Shown: piece by piece, positions 39,558 through 49,787 of the stretch | How the letters are laid out: the number at the start of each line of letters is the position of its first letter | Position numbering within the stretch: the stretch's first letter is position 1 | Assembly: GCA_036679065.1 (NCBI GenBank) | Contig: JAZIGN010000003.1 | Span: 256,001 to 320,000 of the forward strand | Direction of reading: 5' to 3' | Source: Coprothermobacterota bacterium | GTDB lineage: Bacteria; Coprothermobacterota; Coprothermobacteria; Coprothermobacterales; Coprothermobacteraceae | Length of the DNA stretch: 64,000 nucleotides | Translations under genes and position numbers: made by a program | Notes under the pieces: generated by a model | Seen by the model: the letters and a program-made list of their open reading frames with translations, nothing else | What the model was told of the DNA's origin: nothing | Databases searched by the model: none

Positions 39558-39933
39558 CTATTCTGGATTGTATTGAGTCACCTGTAGCCATGTCCTACCA
39601 TAAACTAAGTTATAAGGGTTACCTGTAAGTTCTTGCATGTACTGGGTATCCAGATCTAATATTCTGTAACGCAAGTCCGAACCTGGTTTTTGATTTGACC
39701 CAAAGTCGTTTCTTTCTTTTTCGCCTACGGCGTTGTTAGTCATGGCTGCTCTCGGCATAATGTTTTTGTTCAACCAATATTACTGCACTTGAAGATTTTT
39801 CAGGAGTAGACGCCTTTGCTACAGCGGGTGTTCTAACACTTAGTGTGAACATACCTGTGAGGATAAGAGCAAGAATAATGACTGTAACCAACATAGCCTT
39901 CCATCCATCCCTTGAGAACCTAACGTTTCTCAT
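39558..39933 (-). pseudogene. Degraded secreted-protein gene carrying a duplicated leader and signal peptide
   Basis: MRNVRFSRDGWKAMLVTVIILALILTGMFTLS...PAVAKA then an early stop; a second frame continues to 39558. Confidence 0.6.
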
Positions 39934-39989
39934 AATCTTACGCCCCCCATCGGGCGACAACACCTCGAGGACAACACCCCCATTTGTAA
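39848..39989. repeat. 142-bp direct repeat, copy A (5' UTR plus signal peptide)
   Basis: Matches 41886-42027 with 3 mismatches. Confidence 0.95.
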
Positions 39990-40053
39990 AAGGAATGCAC
40001 CACATTTTTATGAAACTGTTGCCCTTTAGGAATAACAACAAAAAATTAGAAAC

Positions 40054-40085
40054 GGGGGCTGACAACGCATGGGTTGCCAGCCCCC
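40054..40085 (-). terminator. Rho-independent terminator after the lipoprotein gene
   Basis: GGGGGCTG.CAAC...GTTG.CAGCCCCC with a T-rich tail on the minus strand. Confidence 0.8.
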
Positions 40086-40097
40086 TTAAGAACCTTG

Positions 40098-41243
40098 TTA
40101 TGATTGAGGCACAACAACTTGAAGCGGCGTTTGGATATTATAGCGACTGAGTTCTTTACCTGTGGCATCGTAGGTGACAAAGTTTGTTTCAGCAGTATCA
40201 ATCGGCGTAATCAGCACAAAAGCGACCAATTTTTCGTCATTTAACAAAGCAACGGTAATTTCATCCGGGCTGAATGTGCTTCCTACAACAATCGTGTAGC
40301 CTTTATATCCGTAAAAAGCTGGGGATGGGTAAGGCCCGCCAAATGATCCAAGTGATGTGGACGTAGAAATAATCTCGAAAGCGTCAGCCAACGACTGCAC
40401 CAGTTCAAATTTAGGGCTGTCAGAGCTTGCATTTACCTTAGCAGTGTTTGAGTAAAAATTGCCGTTTGCAAATGCTGCCCAACCACCTGCGTCAGACAGA
40501 AGTGAGTATGGTTCTTTCCTTTCGCTGTTTGCAACTTTCTTTTCTATTAGAGAGCCATCAGCGTTGATAAACTGGATATTAAGAAAAGAATTAGGTCCGG
40601 TTGACGATTGTGTTTCAGAGGCTGACAGAACATAGGTAGTGCTGCCTTCTGCGCCAACGCCCATGGCGTAACCACTCACTGTCGTTTTGACAGCTTCTGT
40701 GGATGAGAATCTGTAAATAGTTGAGTTAGAGAGGTCTTGCTCGAAGGTATATAGTTTGTTTGGTGTAGTATAACAATTTGTCATATTAAAGTACTGGTTA
40801 CACATCGACGTAGATGTAAGGCTAACAATATTCGCTTTAAGATTGTTCTCCTGAAGTCCGACGAAAAGATCTTTTTCTGTGGTGAATAATGTGGCAGTGT
40901 CCGAACCATCCCAGTAAATGGCAGTATTTGAAACAGGTTTCGGTGGTTGCGAGGATAGTCCGATCCAAGGACTCAATCTTACCCAAAAGTTGCTCTCGTT
41001 TGCATAGTTGGGAAACATTAGCGTTGTTGATGTGTCCATTTCCACAGTGCCTGTTTTGGTGTTCCATGTTAGCTTTAGCAGTTGTTCCTGATTATTTACA
41101 GCGTCAACGTAGCGCAAAAAAAGCGGTATCGATTCAACGGAGGTTGATGTGGGTGTGGTACTGGTGCAACCGACTGAAAGTATAAGTAAGACAGCACATA
41201 GAGAAATGGGAAATAACCGTTTTAAAACTTTACCTTTTTTCAT
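40098..41243 (-). CDS. Family-A lipoprotein
   Basis: Lipobox SVGC; Ser/Thr-rich; C-terminus YDATGKELSRYNIQTPLQVVVP; paralog of 46676-47773. Confidence 0.85.
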   Translation of the reverse strand: MKKGKVLKRLFPISLCAVLLILSVGCTSTTPTSTSVESIPLFLRYVDAVNNQEQLLKLTWNTKTGTVEMDTSTTLMFPNYANESNFWVRLSPWIGLSSQPPKPVSNTAIYWDGSDTATLFTTEKDLFVGLQENNLKANIVSLTSTSMCNQYFNMTNCYTTPNKLYTFEQDLSNSTIYRFSSTEAVKTTVSGYAMGVGAEGSTTYVLSASETQSSTGPNSFLNIQFINADGSLIEKKVANSERKEPYSLLSDAGGWAAFANGNFYSNTAKVNASSDSPKFELVQSLADAFEIISTSTSLGSFGGPYPSPAFYGYKGYTIVVGSTFSPDEITVALLNDEKLVAFVLITPIDTAETNFVTYDATGKELSRYNIQTPLQVVVPQS

Positions 41244-41260
41244 AATAATACCCCCTTTAT

Positions 41261-41971
41261 TTAGTCCTTACTGTCAAACCTCTCTATCGCGGTTTGCTCT
41301 GCTTCTGCGTAAATTGGTGTTAGTTGTTTTACGTAGTCACCAAATGTTTCATAAGCTTTGTTTGTTGCTTCTTCGTCAGTTGGTATGAAAATATTCTTTG
41401 GTATCCAGTTCTGTACTGTGCCGTTTTTTACTCTGTCGATATCAGTCCACAAGTACACAGTGAAGTTCCCATTGCGAGCTTCTTGTAAATTCGCAGCAGT
41501 TAGTTTATAAGTGGCACTGGACCCGAACGGAACCTCCATTTCCCACTTTACCCAGTCCTCATGTATTTTTATTTCTGTTTCAGCAACGTTTATCTCTTCT
41601 GTTGTGAGTCTGGACTTATTCTCCGCAAGCCACTGTGTTTTCCCTTTTAAGTGAGGCTCATCATAAGGGCTCTTGTAATCGAGGAGAAAGGTACATTCCG
41701 TGTTTACGATGGCCTCTATGCCGCCATCTGTAATGTTTAGTTCAGTAACTGTTGCATTAGATGTAAGTGTTTTATCATGTGGAACTGCAGTGGCAAAAAT
41801 CAGGGCTGCTTTCTTAACCAATGACTCTACCTCAGTCTTCTCAACTTCTGCTTTTGCCACAGCGGGTTGCTTAAAACTTAGCGTAAACATACCTGTGAGG
41901 ATAAGAGCAAGAATAATGACTGTAACCAACATAACCTTCCATCCATCTCTTGAGAACCTAACGTTTCTCAT
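41261..41971 (-). CDS. Family-B secreted protein
   Basis: Signal peptide ending AKA; WLAENKSRLT, YKLTAANLQEARNGNF, YLWTDID. Confidence 0.8.
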   Translation of the reverse strand: MRNVRFSRDGWKVMLVTVIILALILTGMFTLSFKQPAVAKAEVEKTEVESLVKKAALIFATAVPHDKTLTSNATVTELNITDGGIEAIVNTECTFLLDYKSPYDEPHLKGKTQWLAENKSRLTTEEINVAETEIKIHEDWVKWEMEVPFGSSATYKLTAANLQEARNGNFTVYLWTDIDRVKNGTVQNWIPKNIFIPTDEEATNKAYETFGDYVKQLTPIYAEAEQTAIERFDSKD

Positions 41972-42027
41972 AATCTTACGCCTCCCATCGGGCGACAACA
42001 CCTCGAGGACAACACCCCCATTTGTAA
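41886..42027. repeat. 142-bp direct repeat, copy B
   Basis: Matches 39848-39989. Confidence 0.95.
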
Positions 42028-42170
42028 GCCTAGTATATCACTTTTTCATGAAACTGCTCTTCTTTACGAATAGAATGGGTGAAAAGAGCGCCGTGCTGCC
42101 TAGAATGTATTGCTCGAACTGCGGCGAGCAGCGGAAACAGCCTTTCATAATACTTCTGCCTGTTACATGT

Positions 42171-43190
42171 TTAATTGCCTTCGGGTCTTAGAAGTGCCCA
42201 CATGCGAGTTAATTCGTCTTGTTCACAGGCTATTTGTGTGTAAAGGTGGCTTTCAGAGCCAGAACGCAGAAGAACACCTCTTCCTTCTGTCACAACGCCT
42301 ATACGAAAGAGTTTGCATGGTTGGTTTTCAAATAACGCTTCGGCTGTTTCGCACATTTCAGGGGGTAACGTAGCCACCAAGGTGCCTGAGGAAATCATTT
42401 TTAGTGGATCAAATTCGAAAGCATTAGCAAAGCGCTTGACAACTTCTGGCACAGGAATTCTTGATGGATCTACTTCCATGCATACACCGGAACAGGAAGC
42501 TATTTCCAACAATGTTTCAAGTATGCCACCTCGTGTGACATCGTGCATGGCAGTAGCGCCTAGGTCTGCAAGCTTCAGTGCTTCTGATACCACGCTCACA
42601 GAAGAAAGTAGTTTTAGAGCCTCGTTTAGGTCCTGGTCAGTGAGGCCGCGTTTTCTTGCTTCAACGGCGAAGTCAGAAGCTAGAATGCCCGTTCCTTCGA
42701 GCCCCACTCCGCGTGTTACATAGATGATGTCCCCTGGTTTAGCACCGCTGGTTCTTACGACTCTTTTGCCACAGGCAGGCGCTAGTGCAGTGGCTGCGAC
42801 TAAGGGCCGTCTGAGGCCATTGGAGGCTTCTGTGTGCCCTCCTATAATAGTAACGTTCAAGCTGTCTGCTGCTCTCGCTGCATCTGACATTATCTGTTTT
42901 AACTCCTCAGGTTGGTCTAGCGATGGAAGCATGACCAATAACTGCACCCACCGTGGTTTTATACCGCTTGCTGCAATGTCGTTGCATGCCACGTGAACGG
43001 CAAGCCAGCCGATACCATTTACGGCACCGACAATGGGGTCGACATGTGAGAGCAGCAAATCGTCTCCCACTCGCGTAACAGCAACGTCTTCGCCGAAGGC
43101 TGAACCCAGAATTACATCAGGATCTTCGCTTTCCTTTACAGTGAAAGGGTAAACACACTCCTGCATAACTTCAAAGGAGAACTTTGCCAT
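42171..43190 (-). CDS. AIR synthase (PurM/HypE-like) family protein
   Basis: GEDVAV, DPIVGA, NDIAASG, GGHTE, MHDVTRGG. Confidence 0.88.
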   Translation of the reverse strand: MAKFSFEVMQECVYPFTVKESEDPDVILGSAFGEDVAVTRVGDDLLLSHVDPIVGAVNGIGWLAVHVACNDIAASGIKPRWVQLLVMLPSLDQPEELKQIMSDAARAADSLNVTIIGGHTEASNGLRRPLVAATALAPACGKRVVRTSGAKPGDIIYVTRGVGLEGTGILASDFAVEARKRGLTDQDLNEALKLLSSVSVVSEALKLADLGATAMHDVTRGGILETLLEIASCSGVCMEVDPSRIPVPEVVKRFANAFEFDPLKMISSGTLVATLPPEMCETAEALFENQPCKLFRIGVVTEGRGVLLRSGSESHLYTQIACEQDELTRMWALLRPEGN

Positions 43191-43196
43191 TTGTTT

Positions 43197-44135
43197 TCAC
43201 CTCATAACTCTTATGTAATAATCCCAACCCTCATAATGGACTTTTCTGATTCTTCCTTCTTTTACGAGCTGCTGCAGAACGTCTTCTCCAACGCCGAAAC
43301 GATTGAGTACGTCCTTTACTGCGTCACTTCGCATAGGGTGGACGGCTGTTATTTCCAATATTTCCTCCACGGGGTTATCGGTGACAACAAAACCACTGCT
43401 TTCATAACCGGTTAGAGTTTCAGCGTTTAAGCCCTCTTTTGTGAAGATGGCGTAAGCGGCAGTGATTGACTCAGGTTCCGGGCGGCTAACCCATGGTTCC
43501 GCTGGTGGCCGAGTGGGAACTCCGATGTAGGCTTTATAAGGGCTTATGCGAGATTTAACGAAGTTTGCAATGGCAGTAAGTTCTTCTGGATTATCGTTTA
43601 ACTCTTTTACTAACATTGTTTCTGTGCACAAGGTTCCTGTGTACGAGCCTGCGAACTCCTGCATGCCCTGTAAGATTTCGTCCAAGGAAAGGGAAGCATG
43701 AGGTCGATTTATTTGTTTCCAAGTGTTAGGCGAGACGGCATCAATTTTCACACTGACCCAGTCAGCTTTTTTAAGATCTTCCTGGACTGATTTATCCCAG
43801 GTGAGAGAACTGTTAGTTATAACTGCTACGGGTAGGCCTAAATCTTTGAGCCTTTCTATGAGTTCACCCAAGCTTGAGTCCAAAGTGGGTTCACCGTCTG
43901 GAACAATGGATATGTAGTCAACGTTTTGCTGAGTTTCCCTTATCCTTTCTATTTTTATCTTAACCTCTTCGAAAACTTCTGATGGATTACTGTATAAGGT
44001 ACGCTTCATTTGCATGTGTAGCGTGCGTCCTACCTGGCAGTAAACGCAGTTGTAAGAGCATATTTTGTACGGGATGTTATTAACACCAAGGCTTGCGCCC
44101 AGTCTTCTGGATGGTATGGGTCCAAAGATTGTCAT
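43197..44135 (-). CDS. Radical SAM protein
   Basis: FGPIPSRRLGASLGVN, CSYNCVYC, GEPTL, RPPAE; GGAGG RBS before ATG 44135. Confidence 0.9.
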   Translation of the reverse strand: MTIFGPIPSRRLGASLGVNNIPYKICSYNCVYCQVGRTLHMQMKRTLYSNPSEVFEEVKIKIERIRETQQNVDYISIVPDGEPTLDSSLGELIERLKDLGLPVAVITNSSLTWDKSVQEDLKKADWVSVKIDAVSPNTWKQINRPHASLSLDEILQGMQEFAGSYTGTLCTETMLVKELNDNPEELTAIANFVKSRISPYKAYIGVPTRPPAEPWVSRPEPESITAAYAIFTKEGLNAETLTGYESSGFVVTDNPVEEILEITAVHPMRSDAVKDVLNRFGVGEDVLQQLVKEGRIRKVHYEGWDYYIRVMR

Positions 44136-44342
44136 TTTTCCCTCCTTAGCGGGATGTTCTGTGCTTCTCCCTCTTCGCATTATAGTAAGTTGCTGTTCAT
44201 TCTGTGCATATGCACAAAGAGATGAATGCAGACCATGGGCAAGCTAACAATTTGGTCAATACGATTAAACCGCCAGATGCGATGACAAGGCTTCATAGAC
44301 GTACAATCACACCATATCCATGGAGCAGGGAGGCATAAGAAG

Positions 44343-45012
44343 ATGGGTACAAAAAGATTAACGTGACTGCTGTTGGTCATCATGATTGTGGGTTCAGGTT
44401 GAAAGCGAAGAGCTTTCAGTGAGCGCTGCTCCAATGCCACCCACTAAGCTGGCTGAAAATGACAGTTATGTTTTTGCTTTGCCTGCACGCTACAACTATG
44501 CTTATCCGAAAGGCTGGGAAGAAGTTGACCAGATTATGAAATCCAACCCTGTATCAATCAATCCCACATTTGAAGTGAAACAAAACAGCGGCTATATGAG
44601 TGTAGAGCTGTGGTTTGAAGAGGAGAACTTTAACGTAACGGCAAGTGATGACTGGACTATAAAGCAAGCTCAGGCGTGGCTGGACAGAAATAAGTATTAC
44701 TTGACTGATGATCAGATAAGTGCCGTGCAAAACTGGATAGGAATTCAGGCAGCTCGTGACGACATTGAGGCAAGTCATCCATCAACAGTACCAATCTATT
44801 TTGGGTACAAGCTTTACAGCCCGTCTTTGGAAGAAGCGAGCAAGGGTAACTACGACGTATGATTCTGGACAGCCTTAGAGGAAATACCGGAGGGCGAGAT
44901 AACAAGTTGCCAACCCAATCTATTGGTGCACTGGGGTACAAGTCCAGAAGAAATATATAAAGAAATATTCGAACGTGTTGCCATTCCAAGTAATGACTGC
45001 AATTGCAAATAA
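44343..45012 (+). pseudogene. Family-B pseudogene
   Basis: GGAGG RBS, MGTKRLT*LLLVIMI signal remnant; in-frame TGA at 44860 sits where the paralog has W (DV*FWT vs DVWFWT), and homology continues to 45012. Confidence 0.8.
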
Positions 45013-45226
45013 AAAAGTAAACCAAGGGTAACAGAGAATAGGTTCGGTGGAGAGTCCATCGCTCATCGGACCTATTCTCGTGTTTTCATAACCTGCAATC
45101 TTTGAAAGGGTTGCTGCTGCACATAGAAACATTCAAGTGTAGCCATGTTACATACATATGGGGTGGATAGATCAAAGAGCGAATAAAACGTTCATGTGAA
45201 GCTCAATGATTTGAACTAACGGCAAT

Positions 45227-46249
45227 TCATTGGGAAGTGCCAAAATCTGGTGGATTTACGCCTGAGGCAAAGGCTTGTCCAACATTTCCCAGAGTTGTAA
45301 TGTACCAATTCCTTAACCAACCGGCATCCCACTTATAAACATCAACAGGTACACTTAGATCAAAAACGTGTCTTACATGAAAATCGCCAGGCAGTACATC
45401 CACAACAAGGTGAGCATTTTTCATCTTTGTAGCCAGTTGCGCCACTTCAACCAAATTCATATCTGAAATAACGTAGTCGTTCCATATGTTTACAGCACTG
45501 GACAGAAAAGATGGTGAAAGTTTAGAAATAACTTGATCTTTAAGATTAGTTCCTGTTATCAGTGACATTTGCCTAGAGATTCTATCTAAATCGGACATGT
45601 GGGTGGTGCCAAAGTCACGCACACGCCAGTATACCAAGAACTGCGTGCCGTTAAGTGTGTGAGTACCTGGGCTTAGGCATGTGTAATCGGGAACACCGAC
45701 ACCTTCATAGCAATATCTTTGCGGCACATCCACTGTGAGCCCACCCATTAAATCCACCATCTCTGTTATGGTTGTGAAATTCACGACTACGTAATGATCA
45801 ACGGTCACTCCAAAATTATTCTTAATTGTTTGCACCAGTTTGCTCAAACCACCATATGTTTGCCCTTGACCATACATGGAGGCATGCGTGACCTTTGTTA
45901 TGCCTTTACCTGGTATGTTGACCAAAGAATCTCTGGGAATATAAAGCAAATTCACCGTGGAACCGTGTATGAATGCCAGTATGAGCGTGTCGTTATGACC
46001 CACTGAGCCACCTTGGTTCATCTTGCCTACCGTATCGAGCCCAGCTAAGAGCCAAACTTGGTCATTTTTCGAACCTGTCATGCTTGACAATGTGTTTGTG
46101 GCAGAACCCAAGATGTCTGAAATACTTAAACTACCAGTTTTCGGCAGCAGGATTTTCTGAGCGTAAACACCGCCAACAAAAGATACACAGAAAACAGCTA
46201 CCAAACTGATGACGATCAGAATATTTGCGAAACTGAATTTCTTTTTCAC
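45227..46249 (-). CDS. LCP (LytR-CpsA-Psr) family cell-wall ligase
   Basis: LLAGLD, DTLIL, IPRDSLV, VDLMGG, YWRVR, SDLDRISRQ. Confidence 0.9.
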   Translation of the reverse strand: MKKKFSFANILIVISLVAVFCVSFVGGVYAQKILLPKTGSLSISDILGSATNTLSSMTGSKNDQVWLLAGLDTVGKMNQGGSVGHNDTLILAFIHGSTVNLLYIPRDSLVNIPGKGITKVTHASMYGQGQTYGGLSKLVQTIKNNFGVTVDHYVVVNFTTITEMVDLMGGLTVDVPQRYCYEGVGVPDYTCLSPGTHTLNGTQFLVYWRVRDFGTTHMSDLDRISRQMSLITGTNLKDQVISKLSPSFLSSAVNIWNDYVISDMNLVEVAQLATKMKNAHLVVDVLPGDFHVRHVFDLSVPVDVYKWDAGWLRNWYITTLGNVGQAFASGVNPPDFGTSQ

Positions 46250-46675
46250 CTCAAGAATTATATCCTATGAGCTTACTTTGATTGACGTGAGCATGCAAAG
46301 GGCAGTTTAAGGAATGGTGCATCAAAGCCGTGGTAATAATCCATGAACTGAATGATGTTTCCCATTAATGGACCAGCGATTGGTATGAGCAGTACAGTAT
46401 GTTAATTCCCAGTAGTATGAAAGGAAGAAAGAAAGCGGCAGAGAACCTTGTGCTGTAGGCGTTCGGTTAACCAAAAGCGCCCAGTGATGAAGAGCCGACT
46501 CAGGCAGTCTATTGTCGGTGAGCAAGCTAGCAGCAAAAGGTATTGCAACTAAGATTATTGCAGCTATTAGATTTTTCTCTGTTTCCTCTCACGGTTCGAT
46601 CACTTCTCTATGCATTATTGAAGGCGTTTCTTTAAAGAGTATGTGTTATTCATCTCTCTGTTTTTGCTTTTACCT

Positions 46676-47773
46676 TTACGGAGTCATTGGAACTACAACG
46701 CTGTCAGGAGTGTTTATTGCATAGCTATTGAGCTGTTTTCCGTGAGCGTCGTATATGTATACTTTAGTAGTTTTCAATTGTTCTGGGATGGGTCTAAGCC
46801 TGCTGTATGGAGTGATTAATGCAAAACCTGCGAGTTCATCATTTTTGAACGCTGCTATGGTGAGTTCATTCGGTCCAACGGTTTGTCCGACGGCTACAAG
46901 ATAGTCTTTGTATTTGGTGTAAGATGGGAAAGTCGTTTCTTCATAAAATGTGAAGGGTTCAAGCTTTGTGGCAGTTCCTACGGTTTTAAGACCTTTGGTA
47001 ATAGATGTTACTTCAACAAGTTTTGGTTTCGTAGAAGTTACATCCAACCGTAAACTATCTAAGTAGAAACAGCCATCGGCAAAAGGTATGTCAAGTTCTG
47101 CCAATGTTAATATGGATGCATCGTAGTTGTCTGTGACGGTCTTTACCGTCATGCTTCCATCAGGGTTCAGGACATCAAGAATTATTGACATGATTGATGG
47201 CCCAGGGATTGTCCCTGTCTCGGGTGGCACGTAGGGCTGCTGTTTCCCCACCAGCACGTAGATCTTGTCGTCCATGGCACCTAAGCCTAAAAAGGTTCCG
47301 TTGGCTACCTGGTATTGTTGCATGCCAGTCGCACTTATCTTAGAAATAGTTGTTGCAGCAGCGCCTACTCCAACAGCATAGATCGCTTCGTTGGTGGTAT
47401 ATGCGACCATTGGGTCGTAGTAGATTGGTAAGGACTTGGCTAAGCTGATCACATTTACTTTTACTCCATTTGTTTGTATCTGTGCAAGGTTACTTGTAGC
47501 CTCTCTGGTAAAAACAGTAACACTGTCAGGGCCTTCCCAGTGCAGAGCTACTACTTGCTTGTCGTTGTTAGGGTAGGAAAGCACGGGGTCCTTGCCAATT
47601 TCCACGGTGCCTTTTTCTGGTGCCCATAGAGCTTTCACATAACTGATTTGCTCATCGTTGTTGTGTTCCAGCAGCAGCGGCACAGTGTTTTCACTCGTGG
47701 TTCCTGTGCAACCAAGTAGGGAAATAGTCACTGTTAGAAGACAAGCCAACAGTCCAAATGAACGTTTCATCAT
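46676..47773 (-). CDS. Family-A lipoprotein
   Basis: Lipobox LLGC; C-terminus YDAHGKQLNSYAINTPDSVVVP. Confidence 0.85.
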   Translation of the reverse strand: MMKRSFGLLACLLTVTISLLGCTGTTSENTVPLLLEHNNDEQISYVKALWAPEKGTVEIGKDPVLSYPNNDKQVVALHWEGPDSVTVFTREATSNLAQIQTNGVKVNVISLAKSLPIYYDPMVAYTTNEAIYAVGVGAAATTISKISATGMQQYQVANGTFLGLGAMDDKIYVLVGKQQPYVPPETGTIPGPSIMSIILDVLNPDGSMTVKTVTDNYDASILTLAELDIPFADGCFYLDSLRLDVTSTKPKLVEVTSITKGLKTVGTATKLEPFTFYEETTFPSYTKYKDYLVAVGQTVGPNELTIAAFKNDELAGFALITPYSRLRPIPEQLKTTKVYIYDAHGKQLNSYAINTPDSVVVPMTP

Positions 47774-47923
47774 AAACTATGCACCCCCCAAGGAGCTCAA
47801 CACAGTTTTTTTTGAACTTTGTGCTACCTTTTAGGTTGATGCCCCCGTTTATTAATGGCAGTTTAGCACATTATTTGAAAAAAACACACACCTTCTGTGC
47901 AATGCTGCTCTTTATTTTGCTTG

Positions 47924-48709
47924 TTAAGAATACGGCGCTTTTAGTACGCAGGCTAGCTCTACCAGTTCTACGTGGGCTTTCTCCAGTTCCTTACGTATGC
48001 TTGAAGCCAGCTCTACGGCCTTCGGGTTGTCACCGTGAACACAAATGCTGTGTGCAACAATAGGCATTTCTTTGCCATTTATGGCTGTTACTTTGTTTTC
48101 TAAAACCATTTTTAATGCACGCTCTGTGGCTTGCAATGGGTCATCTATGATTGCACCCGGCATGGAACGGGGCACCAATGTGCCATCCTCATTGTAGGCA
48201 CGGTCTGCAAACACTTCCTGTGCCACCTTAATGCCCACGTCGTTAGCCGCTTTAACCATTGCTGAATTTGCCAAAGCAAGCAAGATGGCGTCAGGTGCTG
48301 CCTTTTTTACAGCTTCGGCAACAGCTTTTGCGAGCTCATAATTCACTGCTGCCATGTTATAAAGTGCTCCGTGAGGTTTTACATGTTTCAGCTCCTTGCC
48401 TTCAGCTCTTGCAAAAGCCTGTAATGCTCCAATTTGGTAGATGACTAAGTTTGTAACTTCTTCAAGTGTAAGCTGCATGTTACGGCGTCCGAACCCTTGA
48501 AGATCTGGAAAACCGGGATGGGCTCCCACTGCCACATTCTTGGAAGCTGCCATGCTCACTGTTTTTTGCATGACCATGTAGTCGCCTGCATGGAACCCGC
48601 AGGCTATATTAGCAGAAGTCACAAGGTCTAGTAGTTCTCCATCCAATCCCAGCTTGTAGGCACCAAAGCTTTCTCCCATATCCGCATTTATATCAACTTT
48701 GAGTGGCAT
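47924..48709 (-). CDS. pxpA: 5-oxoprolinase subunit A (LamB/YcsF)
   Basis: DINADMGESFG, NIACGFHAGD, HVKPHGALYN, ICVHGD. Confidence 0.95.
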   Translation of the reverse strand: MPLKVDINADMGESFGAYKLGLDGELLDLVTSANIACGFHAGDYMVMQKTVSMAASKNVAVGAHPGFPDLQGFGRRNMQLTLEEVTNLVIYQIGALQAFARAEGKELKHVKPHGALYNMAAVNYELAKAVAEAVKKAAPDAILLALANSAMVKAANDVGIKVAQEVFADRAYNEDGTLVPRSMPGAIIDDPLQATERALKMVLENKVTAINGKEMPIVAHSICVHGDNPKAVELASSIRKELEKAHVELVELACVLKAPYS

Positions 48710-48731
48710 TAGCTGTTCCTCCTTTCATTAC

Positions 48732-49784
48732 TTAGCGTTCTTCCACCCATACGTCGAAATACCGGTTGCCCACTGCCACACAGAAATGCTTGGCAGTAGC
48801 GGAAGCATTAGGGCTAAGCACAAGCCGGAGCTTGCAAAGCTTATCTTCTTGCTCTTTTAGAAGATAAACGGCTTCTTCCATGCTGATTACCATGAATTGA
48901 ACTTTGTTTCCTGGCTTACCCTGAGCTAGGAGGGGAAGATCGGCTGTGCAAACTGTGGCTATCTTGGGATAACCTCCAGTGGTTTGTCCGTCAGCGAGCA
49001 TGATAATGGGCATGCCATCACCTGGTATTTGCACAGCGCCAAGTGGAATGCCGTCGGATATGATCTGGACATGGTTTTTGCTGATATGTTCTATGCGTTC
49101 GCCTTCCAAGCGGTAACCCATGCGGTCGGAGTCGGCAGTAATTATGTACGTGCTATTGAGGAAGTTTTGCACTCCTTTTTTGGAAAAGTAATCATCTTGT
49201 GGTCCCATAATAACGCGCAATGTGATGATGTCATTATCAGCATCTATAACGTACGTTGGAACGTACTCCATGGGAATAAGCTTGCCTACATACTGCGATG
49301 GTTCTTTTGAAGGCGAGCCAATTTCCAGTTTGTCTCCACTTTGGAGGGGTCTGCCTTGAAAGCCACCAATCTTGCCACGGATGTAGGTAGACCTGCTACC
49401 CATTACCATGGGCACGTCAAATCCCCCAGCTACTGCCAGGTATCCTCTTGCACCGACTTTTGCTTCCGATATTGTAATGATGTCGTTCTCTTTAACTTCA
49501 ACTGCCTGCCACTGTGGTAAGGGCTGTTCATTTAACGTAGCTTGAAACAGTGCACCAGTTAGAGCAATGACGGCTGAGCCATGTACCTTAAGAGTGGGTC
49601 CTAGTAAAGTAATTTCCAAACAGGCAGCGTTTTCATCATTGCTGACGAGTAAGTTTGCTACTTTATAACTGTACTGGTCCAAAGCTCCTGTAACGGGCAT
49701 GCCAATGCTTCGGTAACCAAAACGGCCACTGTCTTGTACAGTGGATAAAAAACCCGGTGAAACAACTTCAAAAAACGTAGGCAT
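48732..49784 (-). CDS. pxpC: 5-oxoprolinase subunit C
   Basis: TVQDSGRFG, SDRMGYRL, QTTGGYPKIA. Confidence 0.92.
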   Translation of the reverse strand: MPTFFEVVSPGFLSTVQDSGRFGYRSIGMPVTGALDQYSYKVANLLVSNDENAACLEITLLGPTLKVHGSAVIALTGALFQATLNEQPLPQWQAVEVKENDIITISEAKVGARGYLAVAGGFDVPMVMGSRSTYIRGKIGGFQGRPLQSGDKLEIGSPSKEPSQYVGKLIPMEYVPTYVIDADNDIITLRVIMGPQDDYFSKKGVQNFLNSTYIITADSDRMGYRLEGERIEHISKNHVQIISDGIPLGAVQIPGDGMPIIMLADGQTTGGYPKIATVCTADLPLLAQGKPGNKVQFMVISMEEAVYLLKEQEDKLCKLRLVLSPNASATAKHFCVAVGNRYFDVWVEER

Positions 49785-49787
49785 TTG

